Origin: Macrostomum hystrix
Taxonomy: Eukaryota > Animalia > Platyhelminthes
Reading direction: 5' to 3'
Length of the DNA stretch: 64,000 nt
NCBI GenBank assembly: GCA_950097015.1
Contig: CATNEN010000005.1
Coordinates: forward strand, 4,402,001 to 4,466,000
Shown: one piece after another, positions 38,046 through 48,639 of the stretch
Layout of the letters: each line of letters begins with the position of its first letter
Numbering within the stretch: position 1 is the stretch's first letter
Position numbers and translations under genes: made by a program
Notes under the pieces: model-generated
What the model saw: only the letters and a program-made list of their open reading frames with translations
What the model was told of the DNA's origin: nothing
Databases searched by the model: none

Positions 38046-38398
38046 CGTTTCAGAAATCAACAGCATTGCTTTTCACACTGAAATGCTATCGGCTGGGTTT
38101 CATTCTGCGCAGGCAGCCATTCAATCCGCTACTGCTGATGTGATGGAGACAATAATTTGCAGCGAAGTTAGGAATCGGTATGCAAGGCCAAAGCTGTTCA
38201 TTGTTGGCAGTTCCTCCGACGGCTGGGGAAATTGTCTGTCTTCAATTTCTGGAACAATCGACCAGGACTCGGACATTGATGTGACGGAATTTCTAACGGG
38301 TCGGGTATTACATACGAGGAGTCATTGTCGTTGTGACACGGTTGAAGAGGACGAGAAACTTCTCTACTCGGATGGCCACATATTTCTACCTGGCGGTC
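38046..38398 (+). CDS. ANK-Mab-21/cGAS-like protein, exon 3 (N-terminal half of the nucleotidyltransferase core)
   Basis: Acceptor tttatag|c restores AGC across a 67-nt intron. Encodes LFIVGSSSDGW...IDQDSDIDV, the hG[S]-x(n)-D-h-D motif of Pol-beta-superfamily NTases. Donor ggtc|gtaagt (phase 1). Confidence 0.85.
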
Positions 38399-38485
38399 GT
38401 AAGTAGTCGATGTTTTCTAAAAGTTATTTAGTTCAATCGTTGTAATTTAATTGAAAGGGCAAGAATACATTATCATCTTTTCCAG

Positions 38486-39882
38486 CCGAGCATCCATCAA
38501 AGGCATTCAAATCTTCAGCGATAAGGCCCGCAATCGACAGGGTTACTGCCGTTGCGTGCTGCCGCTATCCATCCATAATGGTGCTGCGTTCTAACCGCGA
38601 AACTAATTTGCCCGAATACACCCTAGAAGCTCTGAAGAAAGTAGTCAATACTACAGAATGTCACGCAGTCTTTGTATCGCTTCCTGGTCAAGTGCCTGGT
38701 AATCATCTGAGACTGAGCACGACTTTCCTAGAAAGGTGTTTGATGCGTATGCTGTCTACTGTACAGGGACAGCTGTTTATAATTCTCAAATACCTGGCCA
38801 AGCAAGTACTTTTCAAGATGGTAAAGGGATTGAAGACGTACATCCTGAAGACAATTTTGTTTAAAATGTTAGACATCACAAGGCCAGCTGAATGGACAGC
38901 CCAAAATCTAGTCCAACTAACAAACCATAGTTTGAGAATTTTAATGAACGAGCTGCGAGATCCTAAAAACGAATCCGCGCCAAGCAGATGCATGGCTCAC
39001 TTTTTTCTCCCTGACACTTACGTCTACCTTAAAGACAATCATTCGCAAAGGAAAGAAATTGCTGATGCTGTGGAGGCAGTGCTCGATAACCTACCTGCTC
39101 ACCTGAGGGCCTTTCAACTGCAGCTTAGACCGGCTAGTGAGTTTCGACTCGATGTCTACTGCACCCTGCCAGTTCTGCCAAGCATTTTCATTGTATCTGA
39201 CTCTGAGGCGATGCAATTCCACGAGATCTACCTGTCTGTAAAGAAGCTGCTGATAATGCTTAGCGAGCCTAACCATCGTTCGAACGATATTTTCGAACTG
39301 GTGAATCGCATTCCGAATTGTGCCTTTACGGCTCGAGAATGCATTCGCGTTATGACCCTGCTAAAATATAATAATATTAGTGAGGCTCAGTCAGCTGCTA
39401 AAGCTGCGTTCATTGATGACAACCATGCGGTGGAAACTGGTATCGAGTGCCGTCAAGCTACAGAATATCTATCGCAGTCGAAAGCCTATGAAATAGTCTG
39501 GAATTATCTCAGCACCAACGATGCAACCTGGCGATTTTGTTTTGAATTCGATGCCAGATTACAGTTTTCATTTTTGCCAGACTTTGCTTTTCGTCACTTT
39601 CCATTGCTATTGAAGGGAACAGGTAATAATTATTTGATGAACTTCGTTTCTCTAGCCAGAAGTTTCATCTGGGACCGTTTTGGCCAGTCTACTGAGCCTC
39701 TCGAGCCTCGACCATTAGTGCTTCCACAGGAAAGCTACTTTGATACACAGGACCTTCTTGTGGCGATGCACTATTGCAACAATTTTTCGGATTTCAATTC
39801 GATTTTTAAATCCCAGTTTGATGAGATCGTGCACGATGAGGTTTTGAAGAGGGAATACTTTGAACTTGTGCATTCAAAATGG
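38486..39882 (+). CDS. ANK-Mab-21/cGAS-like protein, exon 4 (third catalytic Asp, Mab-21 C-lobe, unknown C-terminal domain)
   Basis: Acceptor cttttccag|cc (phase 1, 87-nt intron), in frame with the ORF at 38578. Contains AIDRVTAVACCRYP, HLRLSTTFLERCLM, FIILKYLAK, LKTYILKTILF, W and CMAHFFLP, matching the Mab-21/cGLR pattern D-h-V-P-A..WP / WRLSF..E / LK..K / SY..KT..F / CP.FF.P. Confidence 0.85.
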
Positions 39883-39990
39883 GTAAGTATAGACTGCGAT
39901 AGTGTTTACAAAATCCGATTGTACATCATGTGGCACTATTTGATCTGCGAAAAAATCGTTATGCTGAATACATGTGCTTTTTGCTTTCAG

Positions 39991-40050
39991 ATACCATATC
40001 TAAAAAAATGTGCGTCATCGCAACAAAAGGAAGATTCTATCTGCAAATAG
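39991..40050 (+). CDS. ANK-Mab-21/cGAS-like protein, probable exon 5 (IPYLKKCASSQQKEDSICK*)
   Basis: Strong donor tgg|gtaagt at 39882/39883 and acceptor tttttgctttcag| at 39990 define a 108-nt in-frame intron; the stop is TAG at 40048-40050 whether or not it is spliced. Confidence 0.6.
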   Translation: MPYLKKCASSQQKEDSICK

Positions 40051-43039
40051 CAGCTTTTAATTAAGTCTCTACGACAGCATCCCGTTGTCAAAAAAATTTT
40101 GTACGTAAATTATACCTATAAATTTATATCAACTTTTAAATAGTTTTAGTTGAGTAGTAAGCACGTGCAATTGCTGAGGCAAACGTCCCTTTTGCAATTC
40201 AATCAACTTATTGTGTTTAATTGATTAAAGTGTTTAAAATGATTATTAACGAATATTTAGTTACACAAATATATTCCGAAATTTGAAGTCTATAGATTGC
40301 GCGATTTGCCGCTTACGAAAAAATGCTGATTTATGTAAAACACAGTAGTCTCGTTGATTTAATCAACGTTGAATTAGCGTGAAAATATTAAGCGTTAAAT
40401 TGCGCGCTTCGTGCTTGACAGGACCACGTGCTGAAAATTAATTATGGAAAGAGAGCCAATGATTCGCGTATTTAAATATTCAGAAGGCAAAAAGCAAGAA
40501 TCCGCAGAAAACATTAAATCAAGAATGTATTAGAACAGGAACGAAAATTAAAAAAACAAAAAACGAGCTGTGACGAAATTAGTGAAAAACTGCAGGATGA
40601 AATTGCAAAGGGGAAAAGAGCAAACAACAAATGAAGAATAGTACGAAAACTAGAAGAACAAAAAGAAAAAATAGGAGTTCAGAGTTTCTTTCAAGCTTCG
40701 ATGTGGGCGAGCATTCTTCACGCAAGGACCACTAGGAGTAGACTAGGAGTAGACTAGGCGTAGACTAGAAGTAGAGTAGGAGGAGTAGGAGCAGGAGACT
40801 CCTATAGTGGTCCTTTTGGCTTCTGAAAGAAGGAAGCGATTGATTCACATTATTTGAAAGTGCCAGCTGGACACATCGATAGTAAATGAAATGGACTCGC
40901 ATCGAGCATATTTTCTTTTCGCACTATGGTATAGTAGACGTTGCTGAGTGCTGAGTCAAATTTCAGGGCAACAATGTGTCGGCAAGGTATTTGTGGTACA
41001 ACAACTTTGCTCTTGTGAAATAAGAACAATAATAAAACAATTATATAAAACAAGAAATTTAAAAAGCACAAAAAAAGAAAAATTAGCAAAATCATTACCA
41101 AGGACCACAAGAAGAAGTCCATGAATAGAAGCAAGCAACTAAGTTCGCTAAGTCTAATCTGCTTTTAAAAAGTATAAATATTTTAACAAAAAATTCCCAA
41201 TTGGCATAATATTGCTTAGACGCAGACATAAAAAACTTTTATTTTGCTACAAAAAAATGAAAATAATTTTCTGTTTATATAACTAAAGTTTTTAGCTCAA
41301 TAATTTTTACTAGAAAATAGGACACGAACATATTTAATATTTTTATTTACCTGATGTTTGATGTCATTAATGTAAAAAAACTTAATAAGCTCAAACTCAA
41401 GGATGCGGGTATAATAATGTTTGCAATGGCTTTTGTACTTATTTATTCGGTCTGTTGTTATTTAAATTATACTGATGTGCAAATGTTTTGTGGAGAGTAT
41501 CATGTATAACTTTTTATACTAGCAATCAATCCAGCAGTTTTACATTTTTATGATATGTAAGCTATGTTAGAATTCTCAGGCAGCTCTGGTCTCAGCCACA
41601 GTATTCAATGTTTTAATTATAGTAATTAATTAAGCCTTTTTCTACATTCCTAAAGTACATATAGTAAATAGAAACTAGTATAAGTCTATTATTATAAGCA
41701 GACAAGTTTTTATTTTGTTTCTACTAAATGTACTTGTTGGCCATACTTTTTATAGTTTAATGCCTGACAATAAATAGCTAAATGTTTATTCTAACTTCTT
41801 ACATATTTATTAAGTGAATTTTTCAGAATTTATGAGTTCTAATTTTCTTAAAATACATAAAAAAATTGAATACGGATTATGTATGTATGTGCAGTAACTA
41901 ATTTACAACTTAAAAGTTTTAATTGATCTTGACTTTTTTGGTTTTAGTAAATATCATATTAGTTAGGGCAATATTTTATTGCTGGTCTATTTTTATAACT
42001 TTTGTTATGATTATAAACCTTATGACACTTGTTTAAATTTGGGGCCTATTGAATATATAGTAGACTAGATAAACAATGCTTTTTATAACACTATTATCTT
42101 TTAATATTTTATGCTATTGCTAAAATGCTACTTACTTAGCGAACTATAGCTATGTACTATACACATATAGCTAAATACACTAAATACATTAGTAAATCAT
42201 TGGCTTAATGACACTCATCACTATAATCAAATTCATATTTCATAACTTGATGGCTAACCCATAGGACTTTCATACTATTTGGTAGTTTATGCTGCCAATA
42301 CAGAGAAAATATAAAATTTTATTAGTGTTTAAGTTGTAAAAGCTAGGCTATATGTGGGCTATTACACTCTACTAATGAATGTACTCTAACTCTAGTAATA
42401 CTATTGAATTACTTATAGCTAGTTGGTTTGTCACATGTAAGAAAGGGATTTTTTAAAGGAAAGCCTTATTTAGCAACAAAAAGTGTTAATCTCTTTTAAG
42501 GAATAGAATAACTTAAAAAAGATTTTCATCTACTTATAACTGTAGCTGAATATTTTTTATAGATAAAATATTGTATTAAACTACTGTTTCCCTACCCATT
42601 TTTTGATAGAGATGGGGGGATAGTTGTTAAAAACCAAAATTAAAAAATATATGCTGAGTTGATATACAGTGATTCTAATGGCAATTAGCACAAAGTGTTA
42701 TCTTTATGACTATCCTAAACGATCAATAGGCCTATCATTATCTTTATTACATTAATATGAACTAAAAGTTCTGAGAATTTAAGTTTAATTAGTCACATTT
42801 TTATAACTTTGCTTAAACATTTATTAGTAACATAATAAACCCTAATAATGTCTCATTGTTCGACAAAAACAATGAAGTAGCATTTTAAATAAGAAATAAC
42901 AACATTAACCTAGTTTAATATTTTGTTCATCATTTTGGTTTTTTGACAAATTAATCAGCAATCTATACCATACTACTTGACCTGTAATATAAATTCACAA
43001 ATCTATTACATAACATCAGTGGTGATTGTAAGGAGGTTG

Positions 43040-43345
43040 AGAGTGGAAAAGTGCTTTGCATCTGCCACAATGTCCCTGAGCTCAATTCTGCATTGAGACC
43101 ATATTCATTTAGGGCGCAGCTGAGGAAATGGCTTAGGGACTTACACCATTTATGCCCTTGAAGGCCAACTTCCAAGGAAGATAGAAATTTTTACACTGCC
43201 TGACAATAAGAAACTCAAGATAGATGTACACACATGTGTGTGTGTGTGTGTGTGTGTGCTCAGGAGACCTCGCTAGATGCGAGTCTGCTGTCACCAAATG
43301 GTGTGCCATTGCCCGCAGCTCTCCTGCAATAATAATTATTATTAT
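43040..43345 (+). mobile_element. Diverged SINE family A copy
   Basis: Aligns to family A (gtccctgagctc...gatgtacacac...ttgcccgcagc) with many CpG transitions; (aat)n/(att)n tail. Confidence 0.8.
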
Positions 43346-43404
43346 TGACAAATGACAATTGTATACATGCATGTACACTGTCTTTTACTGTTTCAGGAGA
43401 AGCT

Positions 43405-43866
43405 ATGAATTCTCTACCACCGGATGATTTGCAGTTCGCGACCAATTCAAATAGCATCAGCGGCCCCACTGGTGCCACCGCTGCATCGGCTGCTGCTGCT
43501 GCTGTTGCTGGCCAACCGATAACTGGCAGCGTACTTTATCAGCAGCATGCTTTGAATCCATTTGCTAGCATTCATTTTGTTGAGCAGCAAAGATTTCGAC
43601 CGCCTATGCTGCCTAGACAAAACAGCTTTGACGAGCCTGCTATGACAACAGCATCGTCAGTGGCGTCGGCTTCTGGCACTTCTGGCACTGGGCCAGGTCC
43701 TTCGGCCGTGCCAACCCCAATTTCGCATCAGCAAGTGAAACAGCGCCTTCAAGAAGTACTGCTAAATAAGCAGAGAATTCGTGAGCAGTCAAACTCCCCA
43801 CCTGAGTGGGCCTCGCCCCAGAGCAGCTTTGAATCGGCCGGATCGCCGCCGCCAAATCGATGGCAG
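43405..43866 (+). CDS. HDAC4: Class IIa histone deacetylase, exon 1
   Basis: ATG 8 nt after a ttttactgtttcag acceptor. QQVKQRLQEVLLNKQR resembles the HDAC4 MEF2-binding segment VKMKLQEFVLNKK. Donor cag|gtaatg. Join 43405-43866, 44279-45465, 45927-46236, 46886-47152, 49987-50478 = 2718 nt, 905 aa. Confidence 0.85.
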
Positions 43867-44002
43867 GTAATGAAAAGGCGAAATGAAAATTGCCTTGTGC
43901 TTGAGCAAAGATCTAATAGTTTCGTAGTTGGTTGATAAATATACCTATACCCATCGGTAAAAAATGATAGGAACTGCACTCATAGTCGAATGATAATGAG
44001 AT

Positions 44003-44215
44003 GCCATACCCACAGTTTCATGATTGGTTCAATGGTGGCGAGATCCCATACCCACAGTTTCATGATTGGTTCAATGGTGGCGAGATCCTATACCCACAGT
44101 TTTATGATTGGTTCAATAATGGTGAGATCCCATACCCACTGTTTTATGATTGGTTCAATAATGGTGAGATCCCATACCCACAGTTTCATGTTAGCTCAGC
44201 TATGGTAAGATCCCG
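44003..44215. repeat. 42-bp minisatellite in HDAC intron 1
   Basis: ~5 copies of gatcccatacccacagtttcatgattggttcaatggtggcga. Confidence 0.9.
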
Positions 44216-44278
44216 TGTTCAGATCCCAAATGCCAGGTGAAAGGTAACATCGGGCATTCTGATCCCTGACTTCAACAG

Positions 44279-44637
44279 GCCCAGCACACATTTCCATTGC
44301 CTGCCGGTTCGCCCCTTCAAAAGGACGATTATCCCCTGCGCAAGACCAGCTCGGAGCCGAATCTGAAAGTTCGGGCAGCCGCTCTCAGACTGCAGCATCT
44401 GCATCATCATCATCACAATCGTAGCCAGCAGCATCCGCATCCGCATCATCACCCAGCGCCGCAGCATCAGCAGCATCATCACCATCATCATCAGCGAGGT
44501 ACGGGTGTACTTGACCGGCCTACTAAACGAAGAATACGTTACTTCTTAGAGCGAGGCGGCAGCAGTGGCGGCAGCAGCAGCGGCGGCGGCAGCATTGATC
44601 AGCAGCAACAGCAGCATCAGCATCATGCCCAAATAGT

Positions 44638-44671
<34 letters not shown>

Positions 44672-45465
44672 CACGCATCTCTGCCTAACCTAGCTGGAAT
44701 TGGTTTATTTGCCGCCGCTGCCGCAGCAGCAGCAGCAGCTTCCGCAGCGTCAAAGAATAGATTCGGCCTGACACCCGGAATTCCAATTGTTGCTTGCCCG
44801 TCCTCCGGTTTAGCCGCAGCAGCAGCCGCAGCCGTCTCTGGCCTGTGCAGACCGGCGGATTCGTTGCCGAAACGTCGGGCAGCTCAGGAGAAGCAATTAA
44901 GCAGGACTAGATCAGCGCCTTTGCCAATGCTACTGCCGCAGACATCTGTCCAACAGCAACAGCAGCAGCAACAGCAGCAGCAACAGCAGCAGCAATCGCA
45001 GCTAAAGACAATGTCAGCAGCTGTTAAAGCTCAGTTAAGAAATAAAGTCTTGCATCGAGCCGGTTCTGCCGACGATGCAACTTCGATGAGTGCCGTGTCC
45101 GAGTCAGGAACAGCGACACTAACGTCTGTTTCTTCTACTGGAGCAACTGCCGCTGCTGCTGCCAATGCTTCTAGCAATATTGATTCAATCGATTCAGCTT
45201 CGGCGCTAATACGCGAAGAGGCCGAAGACGAATTAGCTGATGTTGATAGCGACGAAAAAGATTTGAAAATTGCCCGCGCCCAGTCTATTAGACCTGGCGA
45301 CAGTGTAGGAGTTTGCGGCACTGCGCTAGCCTACGACGAAGGCATGCTGGCCCACCGGTGCATGTGCAACCAGAGCGGCCTACATCCGGAGAATCCATTC
45401 CGATTGGAGCTGGTCTGGCAAAGGCTGCTTGAATGCGGCTTAGCTGCTAGGTGTCTGCGATTTAG
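44279..45465 (+). CDS. HDAC4: Class IIa histone deacetylase, exon 2
   Basis: Acceptor ttcaacag|gcc. Contains the 14-3-3 sites PLRKTSSEPNLK, LSRTRSAPLP and ARAQS, polyH/Q/A tracts, and the start of the catalytic domain ALAYDEGMLAHRCMC...HPE. Donor tttag|gttggt (phase 2). Confidence 0.93.
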
Positions 45466-45629
45466 GTTGGTTATTCTTGTTCTTTATTAGTAAAAAGGTA
45501 AAAGGCTGGAGTAACTATATGTTACTTTAGCATAGAAAATGCCTCGTCATGTAGCTAGGAAACTTTTTTCCTAGTTTCCTAGTAAAATATGTAAACTTAT
45601 GGGTCTGATTTTTATTTAATTTAGTCAGA

Positions 45630-45905
45630 AGACTGTGATTTAGTTCAGTCAGGCTGTGATTTAGTTCAGTCAGACTGTGATTTAGTTCAGTCAGACTGTG
45701 ATTTAGTTCAGTCAGGCTGTGATTTAGTTCAGTCAGGCTGTGATTTAGTTCAGTCAGACTGTGATTTAGTTCAGTCAGACTGTGATTTAGTTCAGTCAGA
45801 CTGTGATTTAGTTCAGTCAGACTGTGATTTAGTTCAGTCAGACTGTGATTTAGTTCAGTCAGACTGTGATTTAGTTCAGTCAGGCTGTGATTTAGTTCAG
45901 TCAGA
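45630..45905. repeat. 21-bp minisatellite in HDAC intron 2 (actgtgatttagttcagtcag)
   Basis: ~13 tandem units. Confidence 0.97.
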
Positions 45906-45926
45906 CCATCTCTAAACTCCTTGCAG

Positions 45927-46236
45927 ATCTCGCAAAGCCACCATCGAGGAGCTGCGGCTCTGCCATGATGAGATGTACAGCGTGCTGCACGCCACCCAGC
46001 CATCGCAGCGGACAAGACTGGACCCAGCTCTTTTGTTGAACTTTAAATTCGCTCAACTGCCCTGTGGCGGATTCGGTGTAGACACGGACACAGTCTGGAT
46101 CGAAGGCGGCACAGCCCAAGCCTGTCGACTGGCTGTTGGAGTCTTGCTAGAATTGTGTCAGCGCATTGCTTTGGGAGATTGTCGAAATGGTCTGGCTCTA
46201 ATTAGGCCGCCTGGTCATCATGCAGAGCATTCTCAG
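45927..46236 (+). CDS. HDAC4: Class IIa histone deacetylase, exon 3
   Basis: Acceptor ttgcag|a. Encodes SRKATIEEL...LPCGGFGVDTDTVW...RPPGHHAE. Donor cag|gtgggg. Confidence 0.95.
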
Positions 46237-46325
46237 GTGGGGATTTCGCGCACCTTTCTACCTGGACTTTTAAAATGGATTTCGATGCTTTTATAATAAT
46301 GATATTTTAAATGCTTTTTTAATGA

Positions 46326-46685
46326 GGGTGAGTGGCAGAGTGGTTAACGCGCTTGCCTCTCGCACCAAGGTCCCTGAGCTCGATTCCGCGTCGAGGCCAC
46401 ATTAAATTGTGGCGGAGCCGCGGAGAGAAGGCTTTGGGGGCTTGTCGTGCAATTTACGCCCTTGAGGGCCAACCTCCAAGGCACAGTGAGAGTGTACACT
46501 GCCTGACGATGAGAAAGTCATGGCAGATGTACACACCTGTGTGAGCCTGGGTACGATATCTGTGTGCGTGTGTGCTCAGGAGTCCGCGAAACGGGCAGAA
46601 TGGACTCCTCGCTGGCTGCGGGTCTAGTGTCTCCAAATGATGTGCCATTGCCCGCAGCCCTCCTGCAATTATTACTAATATATTA
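46326..46685 (+). mobile_element. SINE family A, full-length, in HDAC intron 3
   Basis: TGGCAGAGTGG A box, GCTCGATTCC, shared body and AT-rich tail. Confidence 0.9.
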
Positions 46686-46885
46686 GTGATGAATTTTTAA
46701 TCTAATAATGAGGATATTTTAAACAGTTTTTGAAGTCATAAACAAGGACTTTTTTAAGTCGCTTTCAAAGTTTTCGATGAGAACTTTTCGAGTGATATTT
46801 TAGTCCATGGATGAGGATATTTCGAATGGCATATTCGAACAGTCTTGCATCCGCAGTCCCTTCGCTCGCATATCCCCATCTCCAG

Positions 46886-47152
46886 GCCATGGGATTCTGT
46901 TACTTCAATTCGGTAGCCATCGCTGCTCGCAGTCTCATTCGGTCAGGTCAAGCGGCCAGAGTTTGCATTGTTGATTGGGATGTTCACCATGGCAACGGTA
47001 CACAATCGGTGTTCTATTCGGATCCTAACGTGCTCTACATATCGCTGCATCGGTACGACGGTGGAGCGTTCTTTCCAGGCTCCGGAGCTCTGGATGAGGT
47101 TGGCGAAGGTCCCGGATTGGGCACCAATATCAACATACCGTGGTCTGGCCAG
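46886..47152 (+). CDS. HDAC4: Class IIa histone deacetylase, exon 4
   Basis: Acceptor ctccag|gcc. Encodes [14 protein letters not shown]...[12 protein letters not shown]...[15 protein letters not shown]. Donor cag|gtaagc; 267 nt, phase 0-0. Confidence 0.97.
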
Positions 47153-47244
47153 GTAAGCTCTCGTTTTTCTGCTTCCATTTTGCACTTCTTGAGTGTTTTT
47201 GTTTTATTTGAGTTTCGACTTCTGTAGAGCAACTGGTTTGTTCT

Positions 47245-47990
47245 GAGTTTCGGGTTTTCAGAGTTTCGGGTTTTCAGACTTTCGGGTTTTCAGACTTTTA
47301 AGTCATTCAGACTTTCGGGTTTTTCAGACTTTTAAGTCATTCAGACTTTCGGGTTTTTCAGAGTTTCGGGTTTTCAGACTTTCGGGTTTTTCAGAGTTTC
47401 GGTTTTTCAGAGTTTCGGGTTTTTCAGACTTTTAAGTCATTCAGACTTTCGGGTTTTTCAGACTTTTAAGTCATTCAGACTTTCGGGTTTTTCAGAGTTT
47501 CGGGTTTTCAGACTTTCGGGTTTTTCAGAGTTTCGGTTTTTCAGAGTTTCGGGTTTTTCAGACTTTTAAGTCATTCAGACTTTCGGGTTTTTCAGACTTT
47601 TAAGTCATTCAGACTTTCGGGTTTTTCAGAGTTTCGGGTTTTCAGACTTTCGGGTTTTCAGACTTTCGGGTTTTTCAGAGTTTCGGGTTTTTCAGACTTT
47701 TAAGTCATTCAGACTTTCGGGTTTTTCAGACTTTTAAGTCATTCAGACTTTCGGGTTTTTCAGAGTTTCGGGTTTTCAGACTTTCGGGTTTTTCAGAGTT
47801 TCGGTTTTTCAGAGTTTCGGGTTTTTCAGACTTTTAAGTCATTCAGACTTTCGGGTTTTTCAGACTTTTAAGTCATTCAGACTTTCGGGTTTTTCAGAGT
47901 TTCGGGTTTTCAGACTTTCGGGTTTTCAGACTTTCGGGTTTTTCAGAGTTTCGGGTTTTTCAGACTTTTAAGTCATTCAGACTTTCGGGT
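47245..47990. repeat. Composite 17-19-bp minisatellite (cagactttcgggttttt / cagacttttaagtcatt) in HDAC intron 4
   Basis: Two subunit types in a recurring higher-order order. Confidence 0.95.
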
Positions 47991-48639
47991 GTTTTAAGAG
48001 TTGTGGATTTGTTGGGTTTGAAGTGTTTTGTGATTTTGAAACGATAAGTTTTTCCAGTTATGTATTTGTGTCACCAGTTTTTGCCACGTTTTATCATTTG
48101 GAAATTTTTCCTTAAATAAAAAAAGCATAAGCTGCCAGACTCTCTTAGTTGCCAAGGTGTGCTTAGAGAATTCGTGACAGCTGTGATTTTCTGTACGAAT
48201 CGGAATTTTTTTATTATTTTTTCTTTATTCTAGAAGTGCCTTTGTACTTTGATTCCGTCTCCTAGTGACACGAACGAAGCGGGTCTTATCTTTGAGTTTG
48301 AATTTTTTTTCTGCCATAAATGGCTATAGTGGAATAGGATATGATGAGAGTAAAGACTTATCGGGGATAAATATTGATTGGTAGGGACAAAAAAGTCAGA
48401 AATTTTTTTATATCTGTCGGATAATATAAAGTATGGAATAAATCTATGACATGTCATTGGCTTAAATAGAACATAAAGTGCTTTATCAAATTGTGTCTGG
48501 ATACTAATGGAGGCTAAAATGAATGGTAAAGCAGAAAGGTTTTCATATTTGATGCACATTAAAATGTGCGAGAGACAGGTTTTCTCGGGGAGTGCGTAAA
48601 TTGTCGCTTTATCTGTATTTATCTGTCGGCCTGTCTGTT

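Noticed and set aside
34829-40050. Bacterial CBASS/CD-NTase operon or contaminant
   Set aside because: The gene has spliceosomal introns and is flanked by metazoan genes and host SINEs; there are no adjacent Cap effector genes.
41100-43040. Mitochondrial insertion (NUMT) or AT-rich coding gene
   Set aside because: No sustained ORF or recognisable mitochondrial protein/rRNA motif was found by eye; kept only as a CpG-desert observation.
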